Source: Felis catus
Taxonomy: Eukaryota
Assembly (NCBI RefSeq): GCF_018350175.1
Contig: NC_058369.1
Span: 8,744,001-8,808,000, forward strand
Length of the DNA stretch: 64,000 nucleotides
Direction of reading: 5' to 3'
Each line of letters opens with the position of its first letter. Position 1 is the first letter of the stretch. A model generated the notes under the pieces. It was not told the origin of the DNA. It saw nothing but the letters and a program-made list of their open reading frames with translations, and did no database searches. A program made the position numbers and the translations under genes. Of the stretch, positions 37,751-51,029 are shown one piece after another.

Positions 37751-39180
37751 GAGACAGTAGTTTTCTGATGATTAAGGTGAGTCATACTCTCTTGTCCTCT
37801 GTATGATATTCAGTAACTCCCCAAAGATGATCCGGGTATCTTGCTACAATTTAGCGGGGTCCCCGGGTGTCACTGCGAGTTGACCCTACCACTGATTAGG
37901 TGCAGGAGGGTTCCTAAATTAGCAAGTTGAATTCAGAAGCCACCTCTGAGAGGCCCCGAGGGCCAAGCAGGGTACTTTTCTCCTTTTTATTGCGTAAATT
38001 CTTTTATTACACGTTGCATTTCCGGTTGGGCCAATTTTAGACCTTGTTGATTTCAACACTTGTTTCTTCTGCTTCCTTCTCTGTCTTGTTTTTTCCCATC
38101 GCTGGATATACTTCCGGGGAGGGGGGTGTCCTCTCTACCCGGGTATTTTTAACATTTTCCTCCAGGGAGCCTCAGGGTTCTCCAGAGCCTCTCCCGAGAC
38201 CACTGGCTGCCCTGCAGGGTTTCAGGGCCCTGGACTTAAATCAAGTGGAACCAATCCCTCTGCTGTGCCACAGGGGCACCTGAGTGTCGTGCCCTCTACC
38301 TGGAGGCTCAGCATCTTGGCTGCAGTAGAGGCAGGGGCAGAAGCAGCAGAGGTGCTTAAAGGTCCTGGAGAGTCCTCTGGGGTCAAGGAGCGTGGACTCA
38401 GGCCCCCATCTACTGGCTGCCTTTCACCCTTTCTTCTCTTTTTCTAGTTAAATGACTGCTGCCTCTGGGGTGCCTGGTTGAGCGTCCAACTTTGGCTCAG
38501 GTCATGATCTCACAGTTTGTGGGTTTGGGCCCCGCGCCAGGCTCCGTGCTGACAGCTCAGAGCCAGGAGCCTGCTTCGGATTCTGTGTCTTCCTCTCTCT
38601 CTGCCCCTCCCCGACTTATGCTCTGTCTCTCTCTCAAAAAATAAATACACATTAAAAAAAAAAAAAAAGAATGACACCCACGTGGCACACAGGCACACAC
38701 ACACAAACACACCCCGAGAGAGTAGGGGAAAGCTCAGGACCCACATGACAGGCATCCCTGGGGGAGGAAGGGCCGGCCTCGCAGGCAGCTGTGAAAGGGC
38801 TTCAGACAGCCAGGAAAGGAGCTGCCTGGTTGGGGCTTTCCCTGGGGGGGGGGGGGGGGGGGCCGGAGCAAAGATTCTGCACACAGGCAGGCCGGGGTTT
38901 GTGCGATTTTGAGTCTGAAGTCAGCGCCAGAGAAGGGGGCTTCCAGACGTTCTCATCAGCTTTCCCAGTGGGGGGTGGGGGGAGCGGGGGCGGGGGGCCG
39001 GTGTAAGCAGCCCGCAAACAACAAGAAAATGTCCAGCTTCTCATTACAAGGCCAAATGTAGATAAGAAAAATATGCATTTGCAACGGCTGGGTGTTGTTT
39101 TTTTTTTTTAAGTTTATTCATTTATTTTGAGAGAGAGTGAGCATGAGTGCATGCAGGTGGGGGAAAGGGGGGAGGGAGAG

Positions 39181-39221
<41 letters not shown>

Positions 39222-39721
39222 CCTAAGCAGGCTCCACACTACCAGCACGGAGCCGGACGCAGGACTCGAACCCACGAACTGCGAGATCGTGACCTGAGCC
39301 GACGTCAGACCCTTAATCCACGGAGGCACCCAGGCGCCCCCTGTGATGGCTGTTTTTATATAAGGAAACACTAACCAAAAGTTCAAGAAATGATAAACAC
39401 CGTGTGTTTGGGGTGGGGCTGGTGTAACCGTGCTGGAGGGATCCAGGATCTACGGGCAGCAAGTTTTCTTAGGTTAGACTTTGCTATCTACAGATTTATT
39501 TAAAATAAACAGAGACATGTGGGGCTGCCTGGGCGGCTCGATGGGTTAAGCATCTGACTCGGCTTCAGCTCAGGTCATGGTCTCACTGTTCATGATCTGT
39601 GCCGGAGGCGTGGAGCCTGCCTGGGATTCTCTTTCTCCCTCTGCCCCTCCCCCACGCTCGCTCGCTCTCCCTGTCTCTCAAAATAAATAAACTTTAAAAA
39701 TTAAACAAAAACAATTTATAA

Positions 39722-40291
39722 TGTTAAACTCTCTGCCCGAGAAGGAGCGCAAACCTCATTAACAACACACTGTATGTATAATCACGCGTCCAGATGCATG
39801 TGCAACCTTGTGCCCACCTCTACATACGAGGAAAAAATTCCCCTTTCTGGATATTCATCCTAACCCTAAATATTTAAAAAAAAATTTTTTTTTTTAGTGT
39901 TTATTTATTTTTGAGAGAGAGAGAGAGACAGAGCGTGAGCTGGGGAGGGGCAGAGAGAGGGAGACGCAGAACCGGAAGCAGGCTCCTGGCTCCGAGCTGT
40001 CAGCACGGAGCCCGACGCGGGGCTCGAATTCACCAAACCATAACCTGAGCCGAGGTCAGCCGCTTAACCGACTGAGCCACCCATCCTAACTCTATTTTTT
40101 TTTTTTTAATCACCCATCCTAACTCTAAATAAAAGGAACCCACTCTCACCCTTGCCGGGGAGCCCAGGCTTTGGAAGTTATTCCCTGTGATCTTATTCGC
40201 TCCAAATAGTTTCCATTGTGTGACAGCTCCCCCCGGATGAGCCTCTACCCCTATGACCCACCAAAGAGCAAACTCACATTCGTTGGGTTAC
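39722..40291 (+). mobile_element. Solo LTR (ERV1-like) with internal SINE
   Basis: TGTTAA...GGTTACA termini; TATA-like taaataaaagg followed by an R/U5-like stretch. Confidence 0.6.
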
Positions 40292-40365
40292 AGCATTACG
40301 GAGGAGAGGGCTAAAAACAAGCTGAGGGCAAGACATGAGCTGACACCCCTTAACCACCACCCCCT

Positions 40366-40367
<2 letters not shown>

Positions 40368-40405
<38 letters not shown>

Positions 40406-40425
40406 AGTCTCTCTCTCTCTATACA

Positions 40426-40476
<51 letters not shown>
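40368..40476. repeat. Compound (CA)n-(CT)n-(CA)n microsatellite
   Basis: Direct reading. Confidence 0.95.
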
Positions 40477-40479
<3 letters not shown>

Positions 40480-40612
40480 GCAACTGTCTGAATGGTTTAC
40501 AAGAAAAACACGGTCCTAATAATAGACCTCCAGGAACTCCAGGAACCTATAGACCCAATCTCCTGAAGCCCTAACGTCACCTTAACCTGCATAGGATAGA
40601 AAGCCTTATATA

Positions 40613-41070
40613 AGGTGCACATGCACCCCAATGTTTATAGCAGCGCTTCCAACAATAGCCAGACGATGCAAAGAGCCTAAATGTCCACCAACTGATGAAT
40701 GGATAAAGAAGATGTGGTTTATATATACAACGGAATACGACCTGGCAATGAGAAAGAATGAAACCCTGCCATTTGCAGCAACGTGGATGGAACTGGAAGG
40801 TACTGTGCTGAGTGAAATAAGTCAGAGAAAGATGGGTATCGTATGTTTTCACTCATATGTGGATCTTGAGAAACTTAACAGAAGACCAGGGAGGACGGGA
40901 AGGGGGAAAAAATAGTTACAAACACAGAGGGAGGCAAACCATAAGAGACTCTTAAACGCAGAACACAAACTGAGGGTGGGGGCGGGGCAATGGGTGATGG
41001 GCACTTGAGGAGGGCACTTGTTGGCATGAGCACTGGGTGTTGTACGTAAGCCAATTTGACAATAAATTAT
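40613..41070 (+). mobile_element. LINE-1 3' end
   Basis: MFIAALPTIARRCKEPKCPPTDEWIKKMW plus 3' UTR. Confidence 0.9.
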
Positions 41071-41690
41071 ATATATATTTTTTCAACGTTTATTTATTTT
41101 TGGGACAGAGAGAGAGCGTGAATGGGGGAGGGGCAGAGAGAGAGGGAGACACAGAATCGGAAACAGGCTCCAGGCCCTGAGCCATCAGCCCAGAGCCCGA
41201 CGCGGGGCTCGAACTCACGGACCGCGAGATCGTGACCTGGCTGAAGTCGGACGCGTAACCGACTGCGCCACCCAGGCACCCCTGACAATAAATTATATTT
41301 TTAAAAAACCTATGTAATCAGTCCCTGCTCACAACCCCAGTGCGGCTCTTTCTGCCCACAGGTCCTGTCCCCGCGCTATAATAAAACCACCTTTTTGCAC
41401 CACAGAATGTCTCAAGAATTCTTTCTGGGCCATTGTGCTCAAAGATCCCACATCATCAACAATCTGCCCTGCCCCTGTGTCACCCTCAGGATATCTCTGG
41501 GAATGGGTAGCAGATTCTGATGCGTTAGGGGTTTGAGTTTAGCTCCTTAAATGCATCGGCTTTTCAAAGTTTTATGTAAGCTTTAGCTGGTTTTCCTCGC
41601 ATCGATTAAAGTAAGAATTCAGTTGCTTTGGCCTCTTGGTGTCAGTGTTCTCCAGGGACGCATACAAACAAAAACTGACCCAAGAATGAA

Positions 41691-42270
41691 AAATGACCCG
41701 AGAACTTAAACACATTCATCTCACACCGCGAGGTTGTCTTGAGTAAAACGGAACACAAATCCTACTTGGGTTTCCCGCAGTTTCCCCCTTGCCTCACACT
41801 GTCTCTCTCCACCAGCTTACAGTTCAGGGGCCCAAGTGCAGGGGGAAACCGGGGCCCAAGGGCTGCGCTGTTCCATCAACAAAGGAATCCAGGAGAGAAA
41901 CTGGGCTCAGCAGGGACGAGCAGCCCGCGTCCCACAGGACACGAGGAAAGCCACCTTCAGAAGGTTCCCGGGTCTAGACTGTCCCGGCGGAGACAGAAGC
42001 CCTGGAGTGGGTCAGTCCCCGCGGAGGGAAGGGAGGGACACCCGAACAGCCACAGGAATGCCCACAGGAATGCGCTCAGGGAGCCCTGCACACCCTCCCC
42101 TCCCCTCCCCTCCCCTCCCCTCCCCGGGGCAAAGGGAACCTCTCCCTGCCTCAGGGTTCCAGGCCCCCAAGTGAGGACACTCAGCAGGGTTCAGTTTAAG
42201 GTTCTGACCCAGATGACCTCCCCATTCACTGACCCGGTTCCAGGACACAGAACTGGACTTTCACAGACTT
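41691..42270 (+). repeat. Near-identical duplicate block, copy 1 (copy 2 at 53828-54390)
   Basis: Long stretches are identical; both copies give ORFs starting MSKTEHKSY. Confidence 0.95.
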
Positions 42271-42568
42271 TCTCAATGTAAACAATTTGCACTCTGAGTA
42301 CACCTGCTCTGTGCACATGCAAAACTCCAGTGTATGCTTAGAAAAGGCCCTGGGGCGGGGGGCGGGGCGCCTGGGTGGCTCAGTTGGTTGAGTGGCCGAC
42401 TTTGGCTCAGATCGTGATCTCACAGTCTGTGAGTTCAAGCCCCGTGTCGGCTCGGTGCTGACAGCTCAGAGCCTGGAGCCTGCTTGGAATTCTGTGTCTC
42501 CCTCTCTCTCTGCCCCTCCCCCGCTTGTGCTCTGTCTCTCAAAAATGAATAAATAGAAAGAAAAATAA

Positions 42569-42672
42569 AGGAAGGAAGGAAGGAAGGAAGGAAGGAAGGA
42601 AGGAAGGAAGGAAGGAAGAGAAAGAAAGAAAAAGAAAGAAAAGGCCCCAGGAGGAAGGAAGGAAGGAAGGAA

Positions 42673-42703
<31 letters not shown>

Positions 42704-42714
42704 AAGAAAGAAAG

Positions 42715-42789
<75 letters not shown>

Positions 42790-42792
42790 AAA
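42569..42792. repeat. Compound (GGAA)n/(GA)n/(GAAA)n polypurine tract
   Basis: Direct reading; grown from a SINE tail, with gaaaaggccccagg duplicated inside. Confidence 0.95.
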
Positions 42793-44599
42793 GGCCCCAG
42801 GGAACAACAGTTATAACTTCAGAAAAAGTGTCACCTCCCCACCTGGTGTACTTCTATCCCCAGCTTTCCAGGGCTCTGTGCTTTCTCTCAGTAGAAAGGG
42901 GTACTTCTCAGGTGTGTGTGAGTAGGTAGGACACCTGCAGGAGAGGCCCCCCAGAAAGATACGAGCCCCGAGGTACTTTGCAGGTTCCAGGAGGGGATCT
43001 TACCTTAAAGACGCTGACTGCATGCCTGTGACCCCAGTAGGGTGGCTCTAGACCACCACTGATATATTTTTTTTCATGTTTATTTATTTTTGAGAGAGAG
43101 AGAGAGACAGCACACATGGGTAGGAGCAGAGAGAGGGGGAGACACAGAATCCGAAAACAGGCTCCAGGCTCTGAGCTCTCAGCACAGAGCCTGACGCGGG
43201 GCTCAAACCCGTGAACCGTGAGATCATGACCTGAGCTGAAGTGGGATGCCCAACCGAGTGAGCCACCCAGGCGCCCCCCCACACACAGTGATATTTTAAG
43301 GGACACAAACCCAGTGTCCAAACACTCCAACAAAATCCCTCAAACCCAGTGATTACGTAAAAGGAGACAAGAAAATTGTAAGGTATTTTCTAACAAGAAA
43401 ACCCACAAGTGTCTCCCACGTTCAGAAACTAATGATATTAATTCATTATTATTTGCACAGCAAGAAACTGTTCAACAGTCATTCTTGAACGCTCTGGTGT
43501 TGCCAGTCTAAACTCCCCGCCTAGGGGAAGAAAAAGAAAACCAGAAATTCTATTTTTATTTATTTATCATCTTTTTTAGAAAACAAGAAATTTTAACACA
43601 TGCAATGTAATACTACTTTCGGAAACTCTCCTCTTTCTTGCCTCCTTGGACCTATTTTATACTGTTTTGCAAGACTCGTTGATTAAATACATCGTACATG
43701 TATTGTCAAACAGAGACTTTAAAAGAGTGAATGTAATGTTTTCAATGGGACAGACCCAGGAAAGTGCGGGGCTGTGAGGACAGATCGCCCAGGAAAGTTT
43801 CAAAGGGTGTTCAGGGTTCCAAAAGATAGCTCAGCTCTGGAAAGATCCGGCCCGGAGGGGCACAAGGATTTCATACAGCTGTAGTTCCAGGTGGATAGAC
43901 TCTGCTTCCCCTCATGTAAAATATCCATAAACAATAAATAAACCTTTTTCTTTTAAATTTTTTTTAATGTTTACTTATTTTTGAGACAGAGAGAGAGAGC
44001 ATGAACAGGGAAGGGGCAGAGAGAGAGGGAGACAGAATCCGAAGTAGGCTCCAGGCTCTGAGCTGTCAGCACAGAGCCCCAGGTAGGGCCTGAACCTGTC
44101 AACTGGGAGATCATGACCTGAGCGGAAGTCAGACGCTCAACCGACTAAGCCACCCAGGTGCCCCCCCTTAAAAAAAAAAAAAAAAAAAAAAGCTTATTTA
44201 TTTATTTTTAGAGAGAGAGTGCGAGTGAGCACGGGAGGGGCAGAGAGAGGGAGAGAGAAAATCCCAAGCAGGCTCCGCGCTGTCAGCGCAGAGCCCAACA
44301 TGGGATTCGAACCTACAAACCATAAGATCATGACCTGAGCTGAAATCAAGAGCCAGTTAACCGACTGAGCCACTCAGGCGCCCCCCAAAATAAACCTTTT
44401 AAAAGAAGCCATCCACTCTGACTGTGTGAAAACGATAAGCAATTAAAATACTGTTGTCTGTTTGAAATACACCACGGAGGACACATAGTTGATACTGAGG
44501 CTGTGAACTGGAGGGGGGAGGGGGGAAGGCGGAGCCGGATTTGGGAAATTAAGCATTTGTTGCCAGTTCAAGGAAAGGACAGGCTGGGGCACAGGGTCG

Positions 44600-45230
44600 T
44601 GGATTTGAGACTCTGTTTCCCCAACATCTGCAACACTCCGGAGAAAACGGGCGCCCCTGGGGAGACAGGAAGGGCTGGGGACCCCACAGACCACAGCACC
44701 TCCCGCGTACGAATCCCGGAGACGGAGTCACGACTGTCCCCTGACGACTCCCCCCCTCCCCCCGTGGTCACCGCACGGATCGGGAGAGACGCGGCCGCGC
44801 GCAGTGACGAGACAGGACGCCGCGGGGTCCCGGCTGCCCGCACGGCCCGCAGGCCGCGCGCGGAGGGGGACTGAGGTCGGAGCGGCGCCACCGGGGACTC
44901 GGGGGACTCGGGGACTCCGCCCCGTCCTGGCACACCCGGCCCCGCACACTCACCATCTCCCGGCTTCTCGGGTCGCCCGGCGTCGTGCCCGCTGCTCCCG
45001 CGGCAGGTGCAGGTCACTGCGCGATTAACGCTGCGGCAGAGCCACCCGGGACCTTTTAAGCGCAGGTGAGAAGCGAACCGGAGCCAGGCCTCGAGCTTCC
45101 AGGGGGCTGCGGGGCGTCGCCACACCCACCTGCCCCTGCCGCGGCCCTGATTGGACCGCTCGCAAGGACCCGCCCCTCCGCTCCTGAGTGACAGCAGGGC
45201 AGCCGGTCCGCTTGCTTGCGAAAACCAGTC
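44600..45230 (-). promoter_or_regulatory. Unit B: paralogous CpG-island promoter with ATG-only first exon (ATG 44954-44956); orphan
   Basis: GAGATG|gtgagt; CCAAT 45150-45154, GC box, TGAGTGACAG 45185-45194; colinear with the unit A promoter and start of intron 1. Confidence 0.85.
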
Positions 45231-46503
45231 TTCTAGGTGGTCGGGAAGCTGTCCCCTCCTGGGACGTTTGCTTTTAAACAAAACTTGGTCCTGGCCCTAG
45301 GGGGACCGTGGCGTCTTCCTGCAGCTCCTTGTAAACGTGGGGACACAGGCGTCCAGAGTCCGTTCCGGTGGAGCGACTCCCTTGTTCGGGGGAAGAGGGG
45401 CCAGGCCAGGCGGGGTTCACACACAGGGTCTGAGGTCCTCCCTGGGTCGGGGGCATTGGCATGAGGCTGCGAACCTACTCATGGACCTGTGACCCTTTGT
45501 TTACAAACATACTTTATTATTTTTTTTTTATTTTTTTGTTTATTTTTGAGAGAGCGGAAGTGGGGGAAGGGGGGAGAGAGAGAGACAAACTCAGAATCCG
45601 AAGCAGGCTCCAGGCTCTGAGCTGTCAGCACAGAGCCCAACGTGGGGCTCGAACCCACCAGCGGTGAGATCATGACCTGAGCCTAATTAACCGACTGAGC
45701 CACCCAGGCGCCCCCAGAAGATTGCCGTAGGCTCTATGGGTAAAGGGCTCTGGGGAGAGAGACACGAATGAAATAACTATTATTTGATGAATTCTGGAGC
45801 CATTTCTTTCCTCGTTTAAAACTAGTCAATTTGTAAGTGTTGTGTGAATAAGCAAGCCAGCAAATCTCATAAATATGCAACAGCGTAGATGGCTGTGGCT
45901 GAGGGGACTCGACCCGTGACATCCGTTCTCCCACTGCTCCTGTCACCCTCACAGCTCCCAGCCCCCGGCCTGGTGTGGCCACGGAGAAATTAGCATGAAA
46001 ACACAAGTCCACATGACACTATACTTGCCATACGCAAAACTTTATTTCGGCTGTTACCATGGAAAATGAAAAAAAGGCTCCTATATCCATCACCTAAAAA
46101 AAGAGCTTTCTCAGCAAGAAAAGTACAGTACACACGTACAATGGAGTAAGGATACTCAGGAACTGCTGCACCCGGCCAGTAGAAAATACCAACAAATACC
46201 AAACTAATTTTTCAATGGCCCTTTCACACACAAACAAAACATTACAAAAAAATTAAACCGAATTACTCATGACCAATAGACTTCAATTCCCCTGTGGATC
46301 CAACAGGCTTCTACAGGGAAAGAAAAAATATGAGTGACTGATAAAAGGGGGGAAAAAACTACCTATACTCTCAGGGGCTGTGGTGGAAAGACAACTCAGA
46401 ATTCCCTCCTCCCCACATTCATTTCTGAGAGTAATTAGGAGAAAGGCACCCTGCGACGGTGTGCTTTAAGGAAGAGGCTCAGTAAACACAATACACATGC
46501 AAC

Positions 46504-46729
46504 TTTATTTTTTTTAATTTTTTTTCAACGTTTATTTATTTTTGGGACAGAGAGAGACAGAGCATGAACGGGGGAGGGGCAGAGAGAGAGGGAGACACAG
46601 AATCGGCAGCAGGCTCCAGGCCCTGAGCCAACAGCCCAGAGCCCGACGCGGGGCTCGAACTCACGGACCGCGAGATCGTGACCTGGCTGAAGTCGGACGC
46701 TTAACCGACTGCGCCACCCAGGCGCCCCC
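46504..46729 (-). mobile_element. Young felid-type CanSINE
   Basis: TSD cacatgcaacttta. Confidence 0.93.
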
Positions 46730-46749
46730 ACATGCAACTTTAATAACAA

Positions 46750-48085
46750 GTCTTCCGTGTGGAAAGTTTTCTGGAACTCTACAAAGGGATTCCTTCGCAT
46801 CAAGCTTTGTCATGTTACTTACATGTCTATTTCTTTTCCGGAAGAATTTTCACATCTAAGCGCGTGCGCCCGCTGAAGTCTTTCCTACACCGTTTGCAGG
46901 AGAGGTTTTTACCCGGTGAGTCCTTTCATGCCTTTGGCAGGACTAGGATGACACAAGGCTCTCCTACATCCTGCACAGTCACGTGGTGTCGCTCCCGGGC
47001 TCACCCTCACAGGCGCTTTCAAGTTGGCACGAGAAATGATGGCTTTCCCGCGTTCCGAAGGTTTGTCTCCAGTGTGAGTTCTTTTGTGTGCTTGTCACAA
47101 ACTGCAATCCCTGCGTAGGCTTTGCCACGCTGCTCAGATTCGCAGGGTTCTCTCTCCAGTGTGAGTCCATGTATGCCTTGGACAGGAAACATGAATATGA
47201 AATGCTAACCCACTTGCCTGACACTGACATGATCCATTTCCAGTATGTATTCTCCGGTGTGTCTGAAAAACCGATGGATAGATGGGACTTCCCACATTCT
47301 TTTTTTTTTTCACTTTAAATGTTTATTTTTTTATTTTTTGAGAGGTGGGGAAGGGCCGAGAGCGGGGGGGGGGGGAGGGGGGGGGGGACAGAGGGTCCGA
47401 AGCGGGCTCTGTTGTGCATAGCAGAGAGCCCAGTGTGGGGCTCGAACGTAGGAACCATGAAATCTTAACCTGAGCCAAAGTCGGATGTTGAACCAACTGA
47501 GCCACCCAGGCGCCCCTCTCGTGTAATTCTAAGGCTTGGTGTTGGGAAAAGTCTTTCCCCCGTTCTTGGCATTCATAAGGTTTGTCCCCAGAATGAGTTC
47601 TTTCGTTTAATTGCAAGCAAGCGTAGGAACTAAGGGCTTGCCCACGTTGTTTATTTTCTTAGGGTTTCTCTCCTGTGTGAGTCCTTCTATGCGTTCTCAA
47701 TGAAGTGGAATCGCTGAAATTCCCCCTTCCTTACATTTCGAAGGAGCATCTTCTGTATGCGTTTCCATGTGTCTTTGAAAAGGCTGTGGACCACATCAAG
47801 CTTTCCCACAGTCCTAACTTTCTCAGTTTTGCTCTCCCTTGTGATTTCTTCTTCCGCCCCCCTCCAAAATACTGGAGAGAACTGAAGGCTTTACCACCTT
47901 CCTTACACTCGTATGGCTTCTCTCCATATTTCTGGTACTCACAGGGCTTACAGCCAGTGGGACATCTGATGTGACTATTAAGGGATGAATGACCCATGAG
48001 GATTCTTGCACATGCACTCAGATTGAGATTTGGGTCTCCACACTGATCCTCTTGACTTTCACAGACTCTCTCTACTGTATGACTT
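46750..48085 (-). pseudogene. Unit C degenerate zinc-finger exon
   Basis: tttatag|[20 protein letters not shown]...[11 protein letters not shown]...[16 protein letters not shown] then frameshifts; HSGDKPYECQE remnant at ~47.6 kb. Confidence 0.9.
47300..47516 (-). mobile_element. CanSINE inside the finger exon of pseudogene C
   Basis: Degenerate finger sequence on both sides. Confidence 0.9.
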
Positions 48086-49214
48086 CTATAAAAAATGAGA
48101 AGGACGTTAGTAATGACTTCTTCCTTAACAAATTTTGTATGTATGAGAAGGGTATTTAAACTACATCTTTAAATGCTTATTTATTTTTAAGAGAGAGCGG
48201 CAGAGACAGAGCGCGAGCAGGGGAGAAGCAGAGAGAGAGGGAGACGCAGAATCCGAAGCCGACTCCAGGGTCTGAGCCGTCAGCACGGAGCCCGACGCGG
48301 GGCTCGAACTCACGGACCGCGAGATCGTGACCTGAGCCGAAGTCGGAAGCTCGACTGACTGAGCCACCCAGGCACCCCTGGACTACATTTTTATGATTTA
48401 TACCCAAAGGGTAGGTTTTCCCCTTGTCTAAATTGTTTCAAACCACCTCGAAGGAATGCTAGAGCATCGTGCTATTATCATCCACCCATCGTGCTATTAT
48501 CAAAACTGAGTGATATTCACATGTAGGGTTTATTAATACCATTTCCGAGTGAACTATTTTGCAAGCACTGAATAAGTATGTCACATATAAGAAAGTATTC
48601 TGGGTGAAAATTTTCTAGGAATCACCAAATTTGAAGCAGGCGTTGCCCTTTTTTCCTTCCCTCCTTTAGTGAGAGAGTGTGAGCCGGGGGAAGGGCAGAG
48701 GGAGAGAGGGAGAGAGAGAGAGAAAGAGAGAATCTCAAGCAGGCTTTACACCACCAGCACAGAGCCTGACGTGGGGCTTGAACTCACAAACCGCAGGATC
48801 ATGACCTGAGTTGGACGTTTTTCCAACTGAGCCACCCAGGCGCCCCTGGGGAGAGAGAGTCTTAAGCAGGTTCTGTACTACCAGCGAAGAGCCTGACATG
48901 GGGCTCGACCTCACAACCATGAGATCATGACTTGATCCAAAATCAAGAGTCAGACACTTGACCAACCGGGCCACCCAGCCGCATCGTTTCCTTCTTCTAA
49001 ACTATCATCACATGAGACACTGCTATCTCTTGTGAGTTAACTCACCTTAGTTTCCCCCCTGGCTTTTATACTGATCTTCAAATTCACGATCTTCCCTTTT
49101 TTCCTCCGAAATGCAGAGCCAAACAATTCCAAAAGATTAGATTCGAGAAAAGATTCGAGAAAAATTATTAGATTCTCTCTCATCTGTTCGCTGTGACCAT
49201 GCCTTGTTTAAAAA

Positions 49215-49670
49215 ATTTTTTTAAGTTTATTTCTTTTGAGAAAGAGAGAGAGAGCACGGGTGAGCACAGGCTGGGGAGTGGCAGAGAGAAGGAGAGACAG
49301 GATCCCAAGCAGGATGGGAGCCATCAGCACAGAGCCCGAAGTGGGACCCAAGCTCACGAACCGTGAGATCCTGACCCGAGCCGAGATCAAGAGTTAGACG
49401 CAGGGGCGCCTGGGTGGCGCAGTCGGTTAAGCGTCCGACTTCAGCCAGGTCACGATCTCGCCGTCCGTGAGTTTGAGCCCCGCGTCAGGCTCTGGGCTGA
49501 TGGCTCGGAGCCTGGAGCCTGTTTCCGATTCTGTGTCTCCCTCTCTCTCTGCCCCTCCCCCGTTCATGCTCTGTCTCTCTCTGTCCCAAAAATAAATAAA
49601 CGTTGAAAAAAAAATTAAAAAAAAAAAAAAAGAGTTAGACGCTTAACCAACTGAGTCACCCAGGCGCTGT
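49215..49670. mobile_element. Young CanSINE (+, 49403-49630) nested in an older CanSINE (-)
   Basis: TSD aagagttagacgc. Confidence 0.93.
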
Positions 49671-49694
49671 CCCCCCGCCCTGCTCCATGCCTCA

Positions 49695-49928
<234 letters not shown>

Positions 49929-51029
49929 CTAACACATCCCACGTATGTGTTCAGTGGATGGGGGAGACCGACAGCACTGGGGAACTACCCTCCACCTATA
50001 GGAAGGTTACATATGATTCTGTCTTCTCCAAACATTTATTTTAGGACTCGGTCATCAGAAACTTACTCTCTCTGCACACTTCCTCGAAACTGTGGCAACA
50101 TGACAAACACATGGAAGTTGTGGGCCCACTTTCACTGTGATCACATTCCACCTTATTTCTAACAGCAGGATCCACAGGGCGCCGGGAAATGACAGAAATG
50201 CAGTGCAGATGACACAAATATTGCAATTTGAAGACCCTCAACTCCTTGGGAGAAACATTTTTTTCACCTTCTTATTACCCATCACTTACAGCACCCCATG
50301 AGGCAGAAGGCCAAGTCTGCAGGAGTTTTTCATAATAAGAACAGCGAAGGGGCGCCTGGGTGGCGCAGTCGGTTGAGCGTCTGACTTCGGCCAGGTCACA
50401 ATCTCGCGGTCCGCGAGTTCGAGCCCCACGTCAGGCTCTGGGCTGATGGCTCAGAGCCTGGAGCCTGTTTCCGATTCTGTGTCTCCCTCTCTCTCTGCCC
50501 CTCCCCCGTTCATGCTCTGTCTCTCTCTGTCCCAAAAATAAATAAATGTTGAAAAAAAAAATTTTAAAAACAGCGAAGAACTTTTTTCTTCGAAGCCAAC
50601 CACCAAACATGAGAGGCCGGGAGGCCTGTGGAAATCAAACTTTTAACAAAGCCCAGTTGGTCATAGGATTCTAAAGTATTCCATGCCATTATAAGTCATC
50701 GGATTCAGCTGTCTGGATAGGAATATTCTTGAACTTGGGTGGCTCAGCCAGTGAAGCGTCCAACGTGGGCTCGGGTCATGATCTCGCGGTTTGTGAGTTC
50801 GAGCCCCACTTCGGGCTCTGTACTGACAGCTCGGAGCCTGGAGCCTGCTTCGGATTCTGTGTGTGTCTCTCTCTCTGCCCCTCCCCCGCTCGTGCTCTGT
50901 CTCTCCCTCTCAAAAATAAACATTAAAAAGAAGTACAGTGTACTAGGGAAAAAAAGGTGAAGACAGACACATTTAATTTTCACACCTGATGACTGACTCA
51001 TGACAGGCATAGACCGTCTTTCGTAAATT

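Larger units (their letters stand above)
40297..41461 (+). mobile_element. LTR containing a (CA)n, a nested L1 3' end and a SINE
   Basis: AATAAA at ~41380 and CA end; the L1 insertion is flanked by aaagccttatataa/aaaacctatgtaa. Confidence 0.65.
41461..44956 (-). pseudogene. Unit B: truncated KRAB-ZNF paralog (exon 1 and proximal intron 1 only)
   Basis: Homologous to intron 1 of A (22.8-25.2 kb) and C (53.1-56.1 kb); no KRAB or finger sequence found by eye between 25.6 and 44.9 kb. Confidence 0.7.

Noticed and set aside
41739..42281. 180-aa ORF and its 147-aa twin at 53876
   Set aside because: The two copies differ by frameshifting indels, start at TTG and are low-complexity; similarity comes from the DNA duplication.
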